From Lepidodermella squamata (lineage: Eukaryota; Animalia; Gastrotricha): DNA of 64,000 nt. Each line of letters opens with the position of its first letter. The stretch's first letter is position 1. Below the pieces are notes generated by a model, which was not told the DNA's origin, ran no database searches, and saw nothing but the letters and a program-made list of their open reading frames with translations. Made by a program: the position numbers and the translations under genes. The stretch spans positions 3,782,001 to 3,846,000 of the forward strand of contig JBLDXI010000042.1 of the NCBI GenBank assembly GCA_047495785.1, in the 5' to 3' direction. Shown here one piece after another: positions 38,444-51,116 of the stretch.

Positions 38444-38807
38444 AAATAATCATTTAATCGCCATTTTTAGCAATTGCTAAATCATCAGTTCGGGTTGGAG
38501 GGCGAAATTAGTAAATGATCTGATGGGTTGGTGTAGCATGTGCGGTAATACGGTTATGCGGAGGGAAAAGCTTTCTCACTCGCTAAAGCAATTATTGCAT
38601 AGAAATTAAAACTAGAAGCAAGCCCCAGACGTTAGATAAAAAAGCACGCATATATGGGATTTGAGAATGTTTTGAGAAGTACAGAAAGCAATCCACTGTC
38701 CACTGAAGCCTACAAGTTAAAGTGTTTATCAGTAAATGTCTAAGTAAATCTTTTATAGCCGATAATATTCAATATTCACTCATTCATGTCAATAGGCACG
38801 GGATCTT

Positions 38808-41800
38808 TCACAGTGAGTAAACCATAATCTCCGCAATAGGCAGCAACCCCGGGGTCTGGCGCCTAATAACCACGTACTGCCCGAGAATCGATGGCATGCA
38901 GAACAGCTCAAACGGCCGACTGGCGGTTCTCTCATCAAGATGTCTCAGGTTGCTGATAACATCGCAGAATTTTGTTGACTTGGTCACATCCGTGGCTAGA
39001 GAATCTCCGACTCGAATCTCGGCATTCGTAAGGGTGTAGCCATATCGATCAGCAGCCGTGTAAACAAGGACACGAGTGACAATAGCAGGCAATCCCAAGT
39101 CCACGGCAATCCACATATCAGCACTGGGATCTAGATCAGCGACGGTATTAAAAGGTCATTCTTATTGCGATGAAACAGTTTACTTATGACGTATCCCCGA
39201 ACCAACTGGTGGCGGTATGGGTTCGTTTTCCGAACATCGCTATTCACAGTCAAGGTGGTCGTACTGCTGAAAACTGTCATTTGAGTAAACAGATTTGGGA
39301 ATGGATAATCATAGCCTGAGAGCCCGTCAGCATTCGGGGGGAGGACGAATCCTGGTGGAGCTCCAAATTCATCCGGCGATACGAAACTGAATCCACATGA
39401 AACGAATTGAGGAGGCTGATAGAACCCAAGCAAGTCACCGGTGCTCACATTCATAGCAGATGTGATATCATAGTTCCTGTAAAAAAACTTTACATCTGGT
39501 TTAAAGCTTTGACAAACTAACAAGGTAAGTCGCTTGATGTGCTGCGAGTATGAGTAGATGTCAAAAGGAACAATTTGTTGCAACTTCAAGCTCGTGGCAG
39601 ATGTATTTTTGTAGTTGTGGAGGTAGCACCTCTTTGTTTGGTCAAAGATCGGCTGCCTGAATTGCGTTTGGATAATGCGAAGAATCATTTCCCACTGAAT
39701 AACAATGCCCGTGCATTGAGATGGCGGGATAGAGCCAATCATTCCAGCCGTCTGCCAGGCCGCGTGTTGGAAATCATTACTTGGCATCTCGAGGGGTAAG
39801 GTTTTGTTATCGTTCGGTTGCCCAATCATGCAAACTTGACCAGAAGCTCCTTCGTAGTCTTTCCCAACAGAATTTCCATCAGTAACAAGATAACGAGTTT
39901 GATTAGCAATAGGGTCAAAAGCATTTGGTGACAGAATGACCATCCTCTTCAGAGCAAGGTTCGTACTAGGGCTGTTGTACGCTGATACCTGGCAAATATC
40001 AAATCCGACATTCTTGTACGAAGTCATAATTGTCAAGTATCTCCCAGCATTAGGTTTCACTGATATTCTTATTGGCTCGCGATCCATTGGAGCAGTTGGA
40101 AATAGCGTTGTAGCGATTATTGGATTAGAAGCAGCTTCAGCCGCACTTGTAACATTCACGTTGCCCAGAGTGATATTCACTGCTGGAAATGGCTCGTCGA
40201 AATTTCCCAGGTCGCAACCAAACATGAACAGCTGAAAAGCTACAGCCCCTGATACCCCCTGAACTTCGAAACGGATGTGCCTTGTTACGATAGGAATTCG
40301 GAGGGGGATATCGGCGAGTTTGGTCGTTGCATCATACGTGGGTTCGAACAGCATTGCGTTACCGTCTTCGCGTTTGTAATAAATCCATTGTTGAGCGTCG
40401 AAGCTGTAGAGAACTTTGAACTTGGTAACATAAGCCGATGTAATCGGGCAACTTGCACGTCCCATTGCGCCGCCGACGTGGAACCTAACTATTTTGGTGA
40501 GACGACCGATGTCATACTGCAGGTAAGGTATTGTGACCGGGTCGTTTCCAATGGCTGTTGAGTAGTACCAGTAACCATCGTTGTAGTCTGGAGTGAAAGT
40601 CGAACTGGACGCTGCGCAGTCTTTAATAACATTAGTCTTATAATTAGCCGTATTTAAGTTGATTCGCCGGGAGCAAGATCGGACTATAGAACAATCAAGA
40701 ATCTAAGATTTGAACTATTTTGAAATTGACCTACTGCGACATCCTCTGTATCCATATCTCGCCGTGTTTCCCAAACCTTGTGTAATGAAGCAGAGCGACC
40801 TGCAGCGAGCTGGATAATACAGGCGATTTTCAACAATGCCAAGCTGACTCGCCGAATTGGCAGTCCAAGTCATTGTAGTACCAGTAGGATTTACAAGAAG
40901 AGAAACTGCTTGGATGTCCATCGCGTTCGGCCCTGAGTGACAGGTCACTTGATAGCCAGGAATGAATGACCCGCCTGTGCCCGCTGATGTCATCACTGAA
41001 CGCAATTCATAATCATCGTAGAGAAATATGCAGTAAGGATCGCCACTGCGCTGTTGGCACGATTTCTGGTGGACATTTGCGTATTGCGGGCAGAGTGGGT
41101 CCTGTGGGACCAATTGAGCTGGTGCAGCGTCCGGGTATTGGTGGACGTTGTACTCACAAGAGCTGAAACTGGCTGGAATTACCACAGAATAAAGCAAATT
41201 AATTACTTGAAAAAGTCTGACATTCTGGTCTACTGGGACAGCTACTCGAGAGTTGCTGGATCAACCTCGCAGGAAGAGCTTCATCGAAGGCCATGAAGCA
41301 AGCGATAGAGAAAGCTAAAGTGCTCGCCCCAGAGTATGCATCTGTCCCGAGCCTATAGGTCGTTATCACCGGCCAGCCGTCACAAGCTGCCGAGGTCGAT
41401 GTAATGACTAGGCCATTAATAAATAGCGTCAAGAGACCGCCACTTCCTTCCCAGGAAACTGCGACATGAGCCCAGCCCGATGCAGTCGGGAAATCAGGAT
41501 TCAGTATGGTTGAAGAACCATTGATACAGTCCAGAATGACTCGCCTAATTCCGATATATTTTAGAGGATGGAAATATTTTTCAAGCTTACCATGTATTTC
41601 CCGGAACGACTCCAATCTTGATGGACGCTTTTCCGGACGTCGTCTTAGTAGAAATCATTTCTCTGACCACGTTAGTGGAGCTGGGGGATAACCAGGCCAT
41701 GATGGTGAATCCGGTTGACAACGCGCTCGGGAGACTAGCGGAACTGTTCACCGCTAACTCCATATACCCGCCGGTTATAAGTTTATAAATAGTCGGAGCC

Positions 41801-44800
41801 CTGGCGAATCCGCTCGTATTAGTACCGAGAGTATTTACAATTGAGGTGAACTTGTAGAAACCTTCTGCCGAGAAAACGTCGTAATGCTGGTAAGTGTAAT
41901 CAAACATGAGAGCCGCAACAGCACGGCGACCAAGTGGGCATCTCGAAACCTGCTGGACTTCTCGAGCATTCAGAGCCTTTCTGTAGATTGCCAAGCAAGC
42001 AGCGTTGAATGTGCCACTAGGCATTGTGGGCATACTACCAATGCGGAAAATCCTTCCCGGGCCGGTATCTAACTCGCAGCCAACCGGCATTTGCCTTACA
42101 GCAGCTTCTTCTCCGTCGCTGTAAATCGTCAGCTGACCAGTGGAGTAGTGGTACGTCATGACAATATGACGCATGGCTACATGGGTGTTCTCCTTCATGG
42201 TAACATTCACCGTAAATTCACCCCTAATATCCGGCATGTTGCGGCAATCAACGAAGAAAAGGTAGTAAAGATTCGGCTTGATCAGAGCTCCAAACGATAT
42301 ATTCCCCTTATCAGCATTCCAATAACCGAATATTGGGGCGAACGGTGAGTTGATGGCTTGTGGTTGAAGCTGGACCCAAACGCTAATGGTCATTGCATAC
42401 AGTGACTCCAATTCACCATTTTGGTTCGCATGTTCCACGAAAGAGTTTGAATCGTTGGCAATGTATATCGCTTTGTTTCTGAAATCTTCAAACAGCCCAG
42501 GGGACCAGTTGGCTCCTAAACCACTTGTTTCACTAGCATTTTGTATATTGAACATGTCTTTTGTTTTGAAATAATTGTCCAGTGGCCAAAATAAGAGCGG
42601 AGTGGGGCCTGCAATGATGTAAGAATTTAGGTTGAATTGAGCTAATCTATTAGCAAAGTATTACTTTGCCAAGGGCACATTGCAGCGTCATCGATTTCCT
42701 CTCTTGACATAAGCCTGTTATAAATTTGAAGGCAAGCCATTCGAAACGGATGCATGCTATTATTGGCAATAGATCGGAAACCGGTAATTAATGGTCCGTT
42801 TTTAACGATAGAAGTAGTGATCCCTGCGATAACGTTAGTCACCACACCATTGGCGTACATGTAAGTGTAACTCCGAGCTTTATCGAATACCAGGCCAACG
42901 AAATGCCAAGTATCTGTCGGCAAGCTGATGTACGAATCTCCCCTGATAGTTTTTGTTAAAAAGTCAATTTTTCATGGGCAGAATATGACTCACGTGTATG
43001 ATGAGCTTCCATCAAAGACTCCATTAACGAACAGGCCTGGACTTGCAGAAACGATCTTAAAGTAAATGCATCCCCCGTTCGCGCTACTGAAGCATAGCGG
43101 GTAGCCTATAGTCCCAGTCCTCCCGTCGTTGACCACGTAAATCCAGTAGAAAATGGAGTAGTCGCGATCATTGTCTGAGATAGGACTCGCACCTGCCCAA
43201 GGCAGAGGCCTGAGAACAAAGCTCCTTGCTGGAAGTTTATCGAAAAAGAAGGCTGACTTGAGTTTGCCAAAGGGTCCTGTAACTAGAGTGACATCAGGAG
43301 AAACAAAGCCATCATTTCCATGACCACTTAGATCGTTAGCCATTGTTAGAGCGTCGTAAAGCCAGATCCCTAAAGGATCGAGACCAGTGTAAACTCTTGC
43401 AGGCGTTATCACAACATCCGTGATTTGCTGTTCAGAACCGAGGTCAATCGAAACGAATGAAGGTTTCAATGGGTCTGGCTCAACTCGAACGCAAGAGTGC
43501 ATGAGGCCTTGAGCATCGCGGATTGGTGAGTCTGTCAGTTTCCCGGATTTAGCGTCAAGAAACGGCGTCTGGGCATTCGATGGAATTGAAATCGCTGGTC
43601 GTCCAGCTGCTAGGTCTTTCTGAAGGTTGGTAGCCCTCGGAATTCCTGAGATGAGACAATATTAAATCCTTCTTATGCAAATTCTTCCACTTACTTCGGC
43701 ATCCAAGAACCTCCCACCGAATGCCAGGAGCCCCGGTGAAAACAGATGGGACGAGTCTTATCATTCGGGCGATAATAGGAGGAGAGAGGAAATTGATTGT
43801 AATGGTGCCATCTCCAGCCGAAGAAAACAATACCTAGCAATGTATAAATACGCATTTTTACAGACTGCTCGGAGGAATCGACGAACCTTATTTCGTTTGT
43901 CATCGGATATGAATGACCAGTAAGGAGTTGACGATGGCTCACAATTCGGATCAATACAGTACATCACGTAAAACTGAGTGACAATTGAACTATATGCTCG
44001 CCATGTAGCACGCGCGATTTGGGTAGATATTCCTGTAACCTTTACGAAGCATTTCAGCAAGCAATCTTTAGATTGGCCGAACTTACTATCTTGTTGCTTA
44101 GAAAATCGACTTGAATCCATTCACCTGCGCCCAAAAGGCTGCTTGTAGCCCATCCCATCATTTGATCATCCAGTCGTGCATTCCACGGGTGAAAAGCATC
44201 GTTGACGAAAGAAGAAGCTGTCAGTTGGCTCTTCGCAAGATCTCCAGTTCCGGCTCCGAGTGGTTCTGAACGAGAAAATAGCGTTATACTTCCGATTCAG
44301 AGCATCAAAACTTTATACCTCGACACATCTGACCAGAGCAACCATAAAACTCGACCTTGTAAATGAAAGACCCATCAACACCCTGTTGCGGACTCAGCCT
44401 AACATAATGCGCTACAACTGGTTTCCAGAGTCTGAATGTGTATGGGTTGTGTGCAATGGAGGTATTAGGAGACGACCAAATGTAGACTTGCCCATAGCTA
44501 GTCGTATAATCAAACCACCGGCCGTTATCGAAACTGTACTGTAGCGAAGTTTTTAAAGTGTATCCGAGTGTTACTATTTCGAAGCCATGGATCCACATGA
44601 ACGTATCGAACGAAATTTGAAGCCAAGATTGAGGGTATGGCAGGAAGGATCCCTTAACCCTTTCACGGCGGGAAGGACGATTTCGGGATTTCGACTTTGA
44701 AAATTCACAGAAAATTGAATTCGATGAATTTTTGATCGCCCTTTTCAGGAATATTGCTTTTCGATGTTGGCTACAAGGTTTTGAGACCAGGGCGCCGTTA

Positions 44801-46070
44801 TCTTGCATGGTCAGGACATACAAGCAATTTGAAAATAGTCAACCTGAGATTGAAATTTCGATTTTTTTCAACTTGAAATCTCATAGGTTTCTGATCATTT
44901 TTTGATCCAACAAAAAATACCCCCGTGTCCGCCATAGTCTCATTGACCTCTGTGTAAATTTTTTCGGGTTGGAAATTAAAAATAACGACGCTATTGAGAT
45001 TTAATCAAACCGGCCGAAATCGTCCTATCCGCCAGGACTCATACAGGCGGAGTGCGTGGTTTTTGTGCTGCAAAAACTGTCGCGAGCAAAAACTGGAAAA
45101 GCTGAATTCAGATCTGAATGCTGAGCCTCTGAAACTTTTTTAAACTGAATGTGTTCGGCGATTTGAGTGAGGGAGAATTTTGGGGACATTCATGGGAGTA
45201 ATTTATAATCTAAAATTCGAAAGCTGGAGGCACCTGTCACAGAAATTAGGGTGTTCGAAAAATCTGCTGAAATCAGCTGGGCGGATAGGACGATTTCGGC
45301 CAGTTTTTGTACAGCATTAACGGTGATAGATAGAGGTAAACGGGTTTCAAAATCGTGATCAGGGCCCTCTAAAACCCCTAGAACTGCCGTCAAATATTTT
45401 TTCTCCCGCAGGTAATTAATTCCGCCATGAAAGGGTTAAAGACAAAATTACGCCCACTGCTGAGGGCTGCGCCCGCAAAGCTGTCACTGTATAATCGAAG
45501 TCGACCAAGCCATGGCTTCATATCAGGAGCCGCAATGGGTGAATCACTTGACATTTGATCGCTCCGAATCCCCAAGGAATGGTCATCCCAAACCGTACCA
45601 GAGCCGGACCAAGTTCTAACACCAAATGGCAATATGTTTGTGCACGGCGTATTGATGGCGTCGACAATAGAGTTGAAAAACATGTCGCTTATTTGTTTGA
45701 CTTGGTCCTTTCCTTTCGGCGAATTCGCATTGGACACCATGCCGAACGTCACGTCGTTTTCAGCCGCTCCAGATTTCGTGATAGTCAACAATGCCTCACT
45801 TGCTGTTGATTCAGAAAAAAGCAAGCATGTTCTGGCCGCGGCTTTAAAGAATGCAGTTTGACAACTGCTCGTAGCAACACAAGACGATCCGCATAGCTCA
45901 GCGGTCCGAATGTCAGTTTTTACGTTTCCAATTTGGTATTTCGTTATATCATCCCCCGCAGAAACTGCCGTCGGCATGAAGCCGACGTTTCTTGAAAAAT
46001 ATCTCCCGCAAAAGCTGATGCATATCAACTTGGCGAGAAGGATTAAAACTATGTTGACCGTGTATCGCAT
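38808..46070 (-). CDS. Large secreted multi-lectin-domain protein (PAN/apple, F5/8 discoidin repeats, ~3 LamG/pentraxin-like, F-type-lectin-like); interrupted by an insertion
   Basis: Signal peptide; CGSSCVATSSCQTAFF...CLL (PAN); WLQISFD...LQYSFDNG, IIARMIRLVP..IRWEVLGC, VTKFKVLYSFD (F5/8); WHFVGLVFD, WAHVAVSWE, LQIYNRLMSREEI (LamG); WIAVDLG...AEIRVGD...GQYVVIR...AEIMVY (F-type lectin). The full exon chain was not verified. Confidence 0.75.
44658..45435. mobile_element. Non-autonomous piggyBac-like element (778 bp)
   Basis: TTAA|CCCTTTCACGGCGG ... CCGCCATGAAAGGG|TTAA; internal inverted repeats ggacgatttcgg/ccgaaatcgtcc. Confidence 0.88.
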
Positions 46071-46458
46071 TTTGCGAAAATGACGATCTCGCCGCTCAGT
46101 TCTGGTTGGTTTATCACGTTGGAGCTCATTTTTTGTTGCTAAGTTCGCCTTTATATCTTAGAGATGATCACACCACATGGAGCTCTGATGTCGAGACAAA
46201 CGCAGGCGTAATTTTTCTCCTTCTGCGGCAACGCAAGGTGGCGTTATGATTTATTTATTTAATTAATTAATTAGAGGCTTTCGCGCAAAAAGGTAGCTCC
46301 CGCAAAAGCAATCGATAGCTCACAGAAAAACAGAGATCAGGTAAACCGGGAGTTCGCCCGAAAAGAAAAAAGACGAAAGAATCTTTCACTAATCGATGAA
46401 TCGTATACTCATCAATTCTGCTATATTTACTCATCAAATCTGTTTTATTTTTCTAGCT

Positions 46459-47767
46459 TCAATGCGCTGAATTATTAACCATAGGCGCCGAAAGAAGACG
46501 TGCATTAAAGTCAGAAACCAACGGAGAGTGCATAGCAACCATATAGTCCAGTTGTGGCAGGTGAGTTTGCCGTTCGCGATAAAGCGTATGGAAGAGGGTA
46601 GTAGATTTTCGAAAATAGCTCAGCATTTTGTATATATTCATCAGGCGCTCATCTACATTTGATGCAGATCGTCGCAAGCATAATTGAAGGGCATACTCGT
46701 ATCGCGTCCTCAGGTTTTCAACAGCAATGACGTTGTTCAAATTCAGAGCCTCTAAAAATGTACGGTAATGTAGAATCCAAGAGGTTTAAGGTTCTAACCT
46801 GCGTTGAGGCAAAGCAGAGAACAAAACAGCGAAAATTCTTCGATCTTTTGCAAATTACTAGCCACCATGTTGCCTGAATTAATCAAAATTTCTCTTCCCT
46901 GCTGGTGGAAGCCATTGATAGTCTCTTTGTACTTCTCGAATTTCTCATCGCCAATCTCCTTCCGCAGGGCTGTCGTCGACAATTTTATGCATTCCTCCGT
47001 GTTCATGGCTGAAAAATAGTTCGGCTCTTGTTTCTCAACATTGAATTCCAACGAAAGCTGAGCGACCAAAATCGGAAAAAACGACTGCGTGAACAAAATT
47101 ATGCGATCGTCGACTGAAACTTGATTCAGGCCGGGCAGTGAACTTAGGAATTCGCTGACTGCTTGCATGTAGGTTTCAAAGGCTTTCATCCTAAGAAGAT
47201 GCATTTCGCTGTATGGCATTTCACTGCTAAGTCTGATTCGGACTTTGCTTATAGGAGCAAGATGAGCAGCCGACTCCACAACCCTTGCCAGCAACCATTC
47301 AACAGATCCTTCGATAAGGGTTTTTGAATTCACGGCAGGAGCTCCAATCTCAATGTCACTCATAGTCATAGGATCCATTTTGCCTTCTAAATCAAGAGCT
47401 ATTCTTTTCGAAACAGTTTTTTCTTTGAGTATGATGAATAAAAATTATATTTGGGCATGGGGAAATGCTATTTGTTACCTGTATTGCATGGATTCTCTTC
47501 TTCGTTAATCGGCGATTTCTGGACATCTTCGGCTTCCGGATCTCGTCGCTTATTTCGCCTTACCTTCAAGCTGCTGTCTATTAACTTGAATCTACATATG
47601 CGGCACCGTTTTATCAATTTCCCTTCAGCGCTGCAATCGCATTCTCCCATCTGTATGTCCCTGTAGCGGCAGTGGAATCGACGGCAAGCTTCGCAAATAG
47701 GTTCCAGTGAGCTTTTGCCACATTTTCGCCTACAAACGATGCAAAAAGTCTCGCTTTTATCAACCAT
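46459..47767 (-). CDS. Highly divergent nuclear receptor (C4 zinc-finger DBD + LBD), 3 exons
   Basis: CIVC...CEACRRF...CDC...CRICRF DBD-like pattern; LBD signature FLSSLPGLNQVSVDDRIILF; EEFSLFCSLLCLN. Confidence 0.72.
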
Positions 47768-48029
47768 GTTAAGATGCAACAAAAAGCCAAGCTATGCTGT
47801 ATACGATTATGTGTTAGAAGAAAAACACATTCTACCTCAAGTACCTTGGTGACGTGAATTTTTTTCTTGAAAACGTGTTTTTTAATACATCATTATAGTT
47901 TGAGAATAATAATATAATAAACCATGTTTTAACTAGGTCGACGGATTTCTCGACATTTCGCATCTCGCAAAAATGATTAAAATCTCATGAATAAAATTGA
48001 AACTGAAAGCTTTTACGATAATTCACAGG

Positions 48030-48482
48030 ACTAGAAAGATCTGGCGTGAGCGCAACGCGTCGCTAAGAGGAGACAAACGTTGGAATTAGTAAAGCTGATT
48101 ATTGAGGGTATGTTCAACCTTTAATCTGGCGTAAGCTGCACTGGTACTGCCAATGTGAACCCCACTACACCTTCAGGTACGGTTGGTACTGTTACATCTG
48201 GGCCAACTACAACCCCAATGAAGCGAGCAACGCCCAACTGCTCATGGGTTCTGGTACCTGGCCTCAGTTCAGCAGCGACCCACGTTTTCTCAGACCTAAG
48301 TGGTAACACCTGCATCACTACAAAACTACTTCAATCCTGTAATTGTAATGACTTGGAAAAGACGCCATGTACCTGCTGCTCTGCTCTGTATGCGCATGGA
48401 AAGGGCCGCCAACGTAGGACCCATGGCGGTGAGCAGTTTGCTATTCATCGCGATTTGCTCGATTATGATCAACTTCGCTTAA
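48030..48482 (+). pseudogene. Ly6-like pseudogene, paralog of 48806-49419
   Basis: Shares GPTTTPMKRA, CITTK, CTCCS and the hydrophobic tail, but has a frameshift before the tail, has lost the CN motif, and has no recognisable signal-peptide exon. Confidence 0.7.
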
Positions 48483-48805
48483 AATCAAAGACATCAGAAA
48501 TTTACGTACCCACTCTTATTTCCTTTCAATATAATAAAGCGCACCGAACAGTTCCTCATTGATATCGAACCGAAGCTTCTCGAATGCGTCGAATTGATCA
48601 GCAAGACTTTGAATAATTTATTAATCACGAGGCTCCAAATTAAAGAACATAGATTCATCGCAGCAATAACGACCCAATAAACAATGAATCATACATAGAA
48701 ATGGCACCTAGGTGACGCTGGGCGATATAAGTGCCACAGGCTGACCATTCGCAGTATTATAGCATTTGGAAAAACTGATTTAAGCAATAAATTTCTCGCC
48801 GAAAA

Positions 48806-49419
48806 ATGTATCTCTTACAAAGTGCTGTCGTTTTACTGCTCTCATCCGAAGCTTTCGCTATCAATTGTCTGCAAGGATACGACGATGATACGATAGTTGT
48901 CACAGGCTGCAGTATGTGCGTGGTAAGTCTTGTGAAAAGAGACTCATTAATTTATATTTCAACGTTGCCATCTTAATACAGAAAGGCAACTGGGACTACA
49001 AGTTCGTCGAGGGTGATAGAGATAGGTCCACATATTACTCTGGCATAGGCTGCACTGGCACTGCCAACCCTACAACTACAGTTACAGTTGGCACGGCTAC
49101 CGCTGGGCCTACTACGACACCCATGAAACGGGCAAATGGCAACTGCTTGGCTTTAGTCATGGACACCGCAATACCTGGCCTGACTGGGACGGACGCAGGC
49201 ATTTTCTCTTACCTAAAAGGCGCCTGCATTACAACCAAATTCACAGAAGTATGTTCGAGCAATGACAGCGGCAACGACGCAATGTGCACTTGCTGCTCCA
49301 ATAACTGCAATGACAAAAACATGGCTTGCTCGTGGAACGGTGTCGCCACTTTCGGACCGATGACCCTCGCCAGCGTGTTGCTTATCGCTATTTGTTCGAT
49401 ATTCGTTAATTGGGCCTAA
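48806..49419 (+). CDS. Ly6/uPAR-like GPI-type protein with Thr-rich insertion (2 exons)
   Basis: Signal MYLLQSAVVLLLSSEAFA; INCLQG...GCSMCV|K; CTCCSNNCN; WNG plus hydrophobic tail. Confidence 0.75.
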
Positions 49420-50039
49420 TCTACGAACAATAAATTAGATGAAAAATTTATTATTATCAATGCTCTTCTATAAATTTATTCAATCCCTCTCAATCCACCT
49501 TAATAAAAATTTATATTTTTACTCAATGAGTTGTTTTGCTTGAATGAGCATAAGAGTCGGATTGATTTGAAGCAAAAGAGATGTTACCTCAAATCTGAAG
49601 TTACCATCGATGACTACTCATGCGGAGTTCGTTTTGGTTTTTCTAGAATTTTAATAATTACTTATTGTTTGTTGTTTCGGGGTGTTTTATTTTCAAATCT
49701 GAAGATGGTTCCGAAACGTTAAATGAATCCAACAACGTTGAGAATTTCTAGTTATCGAGCTGGTTACCAGAGAAGGGCTGGTTACTCTTAGAGATTGGAC
49801 TCATCATGATTCATCTTTTGCATAAATAAATTGATTATTGATGTTTGCCGTCTCTAGGCACTACTGCTAGAAGTGATCAATCGAATACCCGAAATCTCCC
49901 GGCTTAGTGCACGGGCAAGTGTCTGTAAATAGTGCCAAAACAAAAGCATGCCACCAAGCAACGCTGTCTGCCAAAACAACCATATCATTTGTGAGAAATA
50001 TAAGGTATCGCCATTCTCATTTTTTGTATAAGATTAAAC

Positions 50040-50656
50040 ATGCTTGTCCTAAGAGTTGCATTCGTTCTTCTGCTCGTAACTGGCGCTTTCGCCCTTAGTT
50101 GCCAGTACGGTTACGATGACTACTTCTACACAGCAACTGGTTGCAGCATGTGCTTGGTAAGTGGGACCTTATAATATCTTCGAGATATATTTGGTCTTAT
50201 CCATTCAATCTCTAGAAAGGAAGTTGGGATTACAAGTACGTCGAAGGTGATAGCGAAAGAATAACTTATTACTCCGGAGTTGGCTGTTCTGGTTTCGTAA
50301 ACACACGAGCTACAACAACGCCTGGATCAACATCGGGACCTCAAACTACAACGACGCCGATGAAACGTGCTACTGGCAAATGCATGAGCCTCGTCATGGA
50401 CACCCAAATACCTGGCCTGACTGCTACAGGACAGCACATGTTCTCGTATCTCAATAATGCGTGTATCACCACAAAATTTACGGAAACCTGTTCAAGCAAT
50501 GACAACGGCAATGATGTAATGTGTACGTGTTGCTCGGACAACTGTAACGACGGCAACATGAAATGTTCCTGGAACGGTGTTTCGAGAATCAATGCTGTAA
50601 CCATCAGCACCTTACTTCTAGTTTCAGTCAGCTCGATTCTTGTCAATTATCTGTGA
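50040..50656 (+). CDS. Ly6/uPAR-like GPI-type protein, paralog (2 exons)
   Basis: Signal MLVLRVAFVLLLVTGAFA; LSCQYG...GCSMCL|K; CTCCSDNCN; hydrophobic tail; same intron position. Confidence 0.75.
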
Positions 50657-51116
50657 TTGCTTGTAGTAACCTCTACTAATTCGCTGGCGAACTGATATTC
50701 TGAGATCACCCCTAATAAAATTACTATTTTTTCTTCTCTTCATAATTGAAGGGTTGAGAATGCCAGCATTTCTAATCAGAAATCCATCTCTCGGCTGTCC
50801 TGACTTTGGGTATCATTTCAGCGCAAAAACACGCCCTGAGGATCCAAGTCAATTACCCACTCTACCACCGTTTTTGCTTGTTGAGTGGCGCTTAACGGAC
50901 GGGTAATGAGCACATAGGGAAGTAAAAGACCAGGAGGCTGTTTACGACGCGTGTTTCAGCACGCACTGATAACAGCTCTTGACGCTCCGTGCGGCGACAA
51001 AGTACCGGTCACTCAAGAGCGACAGAAGGCGAGCTGAGATCTGGAAAATTCTCGTCATTAACGCTGCGTCAGATTTATAGCAAGATGAATAACTGTCTTA
51101 GCTGCTATCTTTTGGT

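Noticed and set aside
44658-44823. N-terminal part of ORF 44305-44823 and ORF 45190-45393 as host or transposase coding sequence
   Set aside because: Both fall within the 778-bp non-autonomous element and show no transposase motifs.
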